A DNA stretch of 64,000 nucleotides, taken from positions 32,001 through 96,000 of the forward strand of contig JBBRLQ010000021.1 in assembly GCA_038231275.1 (NCBI GenBank), written 5' to 3'. Both the position numbers and the translations under genes were made by a program. Positions within the stretch are counted from its first letter, which is position 1. Every line of letters begins with the position of its first letter. The DNA is from Polyangiales bacterium. Lineage in GTDB: Bacteria; Myxococcota_A; Polyangia; Polyangiales; Polyangiaceae. The notes below the pieces were generated by a model that made no database searches, was not told where the DNA came from, and saw nothing but the letters and a program-made list of their open reading frames with translations. Positions 60,749-64,000 of this stretch are shown here, piece after piece.

Positions 60749-61870
60749 ATGCCAATCCGCCGCGTGGGTCGACGCGCCTCGCTGATTCTCCTGTTGGCGG
60801 CGGTGGCCTGCGGCAGCTCTCCGCGCGACTCGGCGCCTCCCGCCCCCGATGGCGCCGTCGCGACGACCGACTCCGGTGCTCCCGCGGACCTCGACGCTGG
60901 CAGCCCGAGCGATGCGTACGACGGGAGCGACGCGGGATTTCCGGCGATCGACGCGTCCGCGCTGACGCCGTGCCCCACGACCGGCGCGGGCGCGTTCGCG
61001 GTCACGGGCGTCACGTGCTTCAACGCGACGCCTGCTGCGATCGGCGCGACCGCCACCGGCGAGAACGCGACGGTCCCCCACTACGCGATTCGTCCATCGG
61101 CCGCGGCGCCGGCTACCTTGGTCCTCTTCCTCGTGGGCAGCGGCGGGAAGCCGTCCGGCGTCGTGAGGACCGATCCGACGGTGAACCTCTACGCCGCCGC
61201 CGCCGCCGCCGGGCGCGCCGTGCTCGGCCTCGCGTACAAGAACGACGCGTCGCTCGGCAGCCTCTGCAAGCGCGCCGACGCCTGCTACTTCCCGTCGCGC
61301 AAGAGCATCATCCTCGGCGGATCGGAGCCGGGGTCTGCCATCGACGTGACGCCGGACGAGAGCGTCGTCGACCGCACGGCGCGCGCGCTCCGCTTCTTGG
61401 CGGCCGGGGATCCCGGCGGCGGATGGGGAGACTTCCTCACGACGCGCGATCCCGGCGCCGATCCGACGGCGGCGATCGCGTGGCCCAAGATCCTCGTCGC
61501 CGGGCATTCGCAAGGAGGCGGGCACGCCGCGGCGATCGCGAAGCTCTTTCCCGTCGCGCGCGTCGTGCAGCTCTCCTCCACGTGCGACGGCACGACCGGC
61601 GGCGCCGCGGTCTCGTGGACGAACGGCGCCGCGGGGCCGTGGGCCACCGATCCGGCGCAATTTTACGGGTTCGCGGCAACATCCACGCTGGCGCCCGACG
61701 GCACGGGCGACACGACGTGCCCATACCACACGCTCAATTGGGCGAACCTGGGCATGCTGCCGTCACGCCAGAACGACGCCGCGGCGCTCTGCGGCGCGAC
61801 GGGAGACACGCACAGCGCGTCGCTCCAGTGCAAAGACAACTACCCCGCGTGGCTTCAGCTGTTTCAGTGA
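60749..61870 (+). CDS. Alpha/beta-hydrolase-fold lipoprotein
   Basis: AVA-C lipobox; LVLFLVGSGG, GLAY.N, nucleophile elbow VAGHSQGGGHA, C-terminal DTH. Confidence 0.82.
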   Translation: MPIRRVGRRASLILLLAAVACGSSPRDSAPPAPDGAVATTDSGAPADLDAGSPSDAYDGSDAGFPAIDASALTPCPTTGAGAFAVTGVTCFNATPAAIGATATGENATVPHYAIRPSAAAPATLVLFLVGSGGKPSGVVRTDPTVNLYAAAAAAGRAVLGLAYKNDASLGSLCKRADACYFPSRKSIILGGSEPGSAIDVTPDESVVDRTARALRFLAAGDPGGGWGDFLTTRDPGADPTAAIAWPKILVAGHSQGGGHAAAIAKLFPVARVVQLSSTCDGTTGGAAVSWTNGAAGPWATDPAQFYGFAATSTLAPDGTGDTTCPYHTLNWANLGMLPSRQNDAAALCGATGDTHSASLQCKDNYPAWLQLFQ

Positions 61871-61881
61871 GGTCGCGCGCA

Positions 61882-62811
61882 TCAGTCCTCTTCCGCGCGT
61901 CCGCGGTACGGGTGTCGCGTCGAGAGTCGCCCGATGCGCGGCTCGCGGTCGGAGTCGGCGTCGGAGTCGGAGTCGGAGTCGGAGTCGGGGTCGGAGTCGG
62001 AGTCGGAGTCGGCGTCGGCGTCGGCGTCGGAGTCGGCGTCGGACCACGGGTCGCGCTTCGGCGACGGATCAAACTCGTTGGGGACGTCGATCGCCCCGCC
62101 GGTGTCGTCGCTCTCCTCCTCCTCGGCCGCCAAGATCGCCTCGAGCGATGGCGTCGTGCCGTCCTCCAGGTAACGCCGCCATAGCTCCGGATGCTCGCGC
62201 TCGCACAGCTTCCGGAGCGCCATGTCGCGAATCCGCACGATGGGCTTGCCGTCGGTGCTGCTGCGCGGCCGGTTCCGTAGCTCGCTCGGTGGGTAGACCG
62301 TGAGCTCGATCGGGAAGAGGTCGGCGACGTTCACGTGCGTGAAATCCTGGTTCTTGCCGTTCTTGCGGATGCTCACGCGCTGCGTCTCGTGCGTCCAGCC
62401 GAGGCCCGCGACGTGCGCCTCGACGCCCGCGGCGTCCCACGCGAACACGTGGAGATCGACGTCGCTGCCGCTGCGGACGTGGCCGGTGGCGACGGAGCCG
62501 ATCAGGCGCGGCGTGAATTTTTGGAGCGCCTCCATCGCCTCGAGCGCGCAGATGCGCATCGCGAAGAGGCGCTGCGTGCGACCCTCTCCTTCGATCTCCG
62601 TGACGAGCTCGAGGAGCGCCTGCTTGATCTCGCCGTTCGACGGCAAATCCCGCGGACGGTAGCGCATCGCCTTGGCGTCCGCCTGGCCGAGCAGCCGCTT
62701 GGCCGCGAGGCGCTTCGCGGTGAAGTACTGCTTCACCTCTTCGCCGTACATAATCTGCGCGGCGAGCTGGGCGATCGCGGCGCGGAGGCCGCCATAGCGT
62801 TCCCAGCTCAT
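61882..62811 (-). CDS. Pol-beta-superfamily (minimal) nucleotidyltransferase with N-terminal helical domain and acidic tail
   Basis: PRLIGSVATGHVRSGSDVDLHVF (GS...DxD); N-terminal YFTAKRLAA...PSNGEI; (DS/DA)n tail. Confidence 0.85.
   Translation of the reverse strand: MSWERYGGLRAAIAQLAAQIMYGEEVKQYFTAKRLAAKRLLGQADAKAMRYRPRDLPSNGEIKQALLELVTEIEGEGRTQRLFAMRICALEAMEALQKFTPRLIGSVATGHVRSGSDVDLHVFAWDAAGVEAHVAGLGWTHETQRVSIRKNGKNQDFTHVNVADLFPIELTVYPPSELRNRPRSSTDGKPIVRIRDMALRKLCEREHPELWRRYLEDGTTPSLEAILAAEEEESDDTGGAIDVPNEFDPSPKRDPWSDADSDADADADSDSDSDPDSDSDSDSDADSDREPRIGRLSTRHPYRGRAEED
61951..62040. repeat. Hexamer microsatellite (GGNGTC)x15 encoding a DS/DA tract
   Basis: 15 consecutive GGAGTC/GGCGTC/GGGGTC units. 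Confidence 0.95.
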
Positions 62812-63284
62812 CGCGCGTCGGGGTCGAAGCTCCCGTCGTCGGCGTTCAGGGTGTCGTGGGCTCCGTCGAAGAGCGCGTCGTACGCGTCGATTGCCGGGGT
62901 GACGCGCGCGCGCGGATCGCGGCCGGTGAGGTCCCACCTGCGAAGCTGTTCCAGATCGCGAAGCGCCGCGGTGCCGAGCCATCGTCGCCGCGTGCGTCGC
63001 GCGTTCTTGAGCAGATCGAGGTGATGGCGCACGAGCCAGACGGCGCGCGCCGGGAGCAGGCCCTCGAGGAGATCGGCGCCGACCTCGTCGTGGAGCGGCC
63101 CGTCGATGGCCTTGCCGACGTCGTGGAAGAGCGCGGCGGCCCAGAGCACGCGATCGTCCGTCGCGCGCCGCGCGAGCGCGAAGACTTGCAGCGAGTGGTA
63201 GAGCGCGTCCCCTTCGGGGTGCCAGCGCGGGGATTGTTCGATGCCGTCGAGACCGGAGAGGAGCGAGAACAGTTCGTCGTTCAT
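62808..63284 (-). CDS. HD-domain phosphohydrolase resembling the HD domain of CCA-adding enzymes
   Basis: EQSPRWHPEGDALYHSLQV, AALFHDVGK, HDEVGA, LVRHH, WD..GR; ATGA-coupled to the NTase gene. Confidence 0.88.
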   Translation of the reverse strand: MNDELFSLLSGLDGIEQSPRWHPEGDALYHSLQVFALARRATDDRVLWAAALFHDVGKAIDGPLHDEVGADLLEGLLPARAVWLVRHHLDLLKNARRTRRRWLGTAALRDLEQLRRWDLTGRDPRARVTPAIDAYDALFDGAHDTLNADDGSFDPDAR

Positions 63285-63656
63285 TCACCAGCGGGGCGAC
63301 TCGCCGCCGCGTGGCCGCCTCGCGATGGCGAGCGCGACCCAAGGGAGAGGATAGCGCAACCCGGGTCGGCGGCCATCGCGCGCGCAGGTACCCCGATCCG
63401 GCACCCTCCTGCGGCGATGGGATGGACGCGGCAGGCGCCATCGCAGGGAGCGGCGGCGCCGCGCACGCGGACGAAAGGAGCCAGGGGACAGCGATGACGA
63501 AACGCAGCGATCGAATGTTCATGGCGGGGCGATTTGGCAGCCCCGCACCGACGAGCAGGGCAGACCGACGCGATTTCGCGTGTCGTTCGGGCCGACGAGG
63601 CGGTCCCTCGCAAGGGACGGGCCGCGGCGTGCACCGCGCGGGTCTCGCCCGCCGCC

Positions 63657-64000
63657 TCAGGACGAGAGCAAGGGTTCGAGATCGAAGACCGGCATCCCTG
63701 CGTCCTCGAGCAGGCGCTCCAGATGTTCGGTGAGCCCTCGCCGGCGCGAGGGGATTTTGTGCTCGGCCTCGACGAGACGACGACGACCCTCGTGCAAGCG
63801 CCACGCGATCGTGCCGCGCGAGCAGCCCTGTACGACGGCGGCTTCCGCGTTGGAGAGTCCCTGCAAGGTCACGAGGACCACGGTCGTGCGCATCTCCGTC
63901 GGCAGCGCGTCGAGCGCGCGGAGGACACGCGCGTAGGTTTGGCGAAGCTCGGCGGCGCGGCGCGGATCGCCGTCGGCGTCGACTTGCACCGCGCGCTCGA
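63657..64000 (-). CDS. ECF RNA polymerase sigma factor (3' part; runs off the window)
   Basis: Region 4.2: ALDALPTEMRTTVVLVTLQGLSNAEAAVVQGCSRGTIAWRLHEGRRRL. Confidence 0.85.
   Translation of the reverse strand, partial: ERAVQVDADGDPRRAAELRQTYARVLRALDALPTEMRTTVVLVTLQGLSNAEAAVVQGCSRGTIAWRLHEGRRRLVEAEHKIPSRRRGLTEHLERLLEDAGMPVFDLEPLLSS

Noticed and set aside
61882..63804. 640-aa ORF as a single fused protein
   Set aside because: The N-terminal half is Arg-rich shadow sequence overlapping the HD and sigma genes. The NTase most plausibly starts at 62811 via ATGA coupling.
46627..64000. Integrative element or prophage at tRNA-Lys
   Set aside because: I saw no integrase, transposase or phage genes and no duplicated tRNA 3' end in the window. 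The region is accessory-like, but mobility is unsupported.

Overview
GC-rich bacterial chromosome segment. The gene content points to Myxococcota, probably a Polyangiales/Sorangiineae lineage (inference): three eukaryotic-like Ser/Thr kinases, an FHA-sigma54 activator, zinc-ribbon/TPR and DUF4388 proteins, a 2449-aa TPR protein and many Cys- or DGG-rich lipoproteins. Positions 1-46.6 kb look like core genome (sppA, dinG/yoaA, eno, tandem pilT paralogues, ABC-F, GMC oxidoreductase, phosphatases) and end at tRNA-Lys(UUU). Positions 46.7-64 kb look accessory. Most interesting: (1) two divergent kinase/TPR-PEGA/lipoprotein modules plus an FHA-bEBP flank two unrelated lipoprotein genes that share a duplicated ~100-bp enhancer + sigma54 promoter cassette, a candidate trans-envelope kinase->FHA-EBP->sigma54 system; (2) a coupled gene pair encoding a CCA-enzyme-like HD hydrolase and a minimal nucleotidyltransferase; (3) a Myxococcus-type LexA box over the promoter of a 77-aa Zn-ribbon gene; (4) a candidate structured RNA at 60.4-60.6 kb; (5) widespread leaderless-type promoters. 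I found no CRISPR array, rRNA, integrase or transposase. All product calls come from motif recognition by eye; no searches were run.
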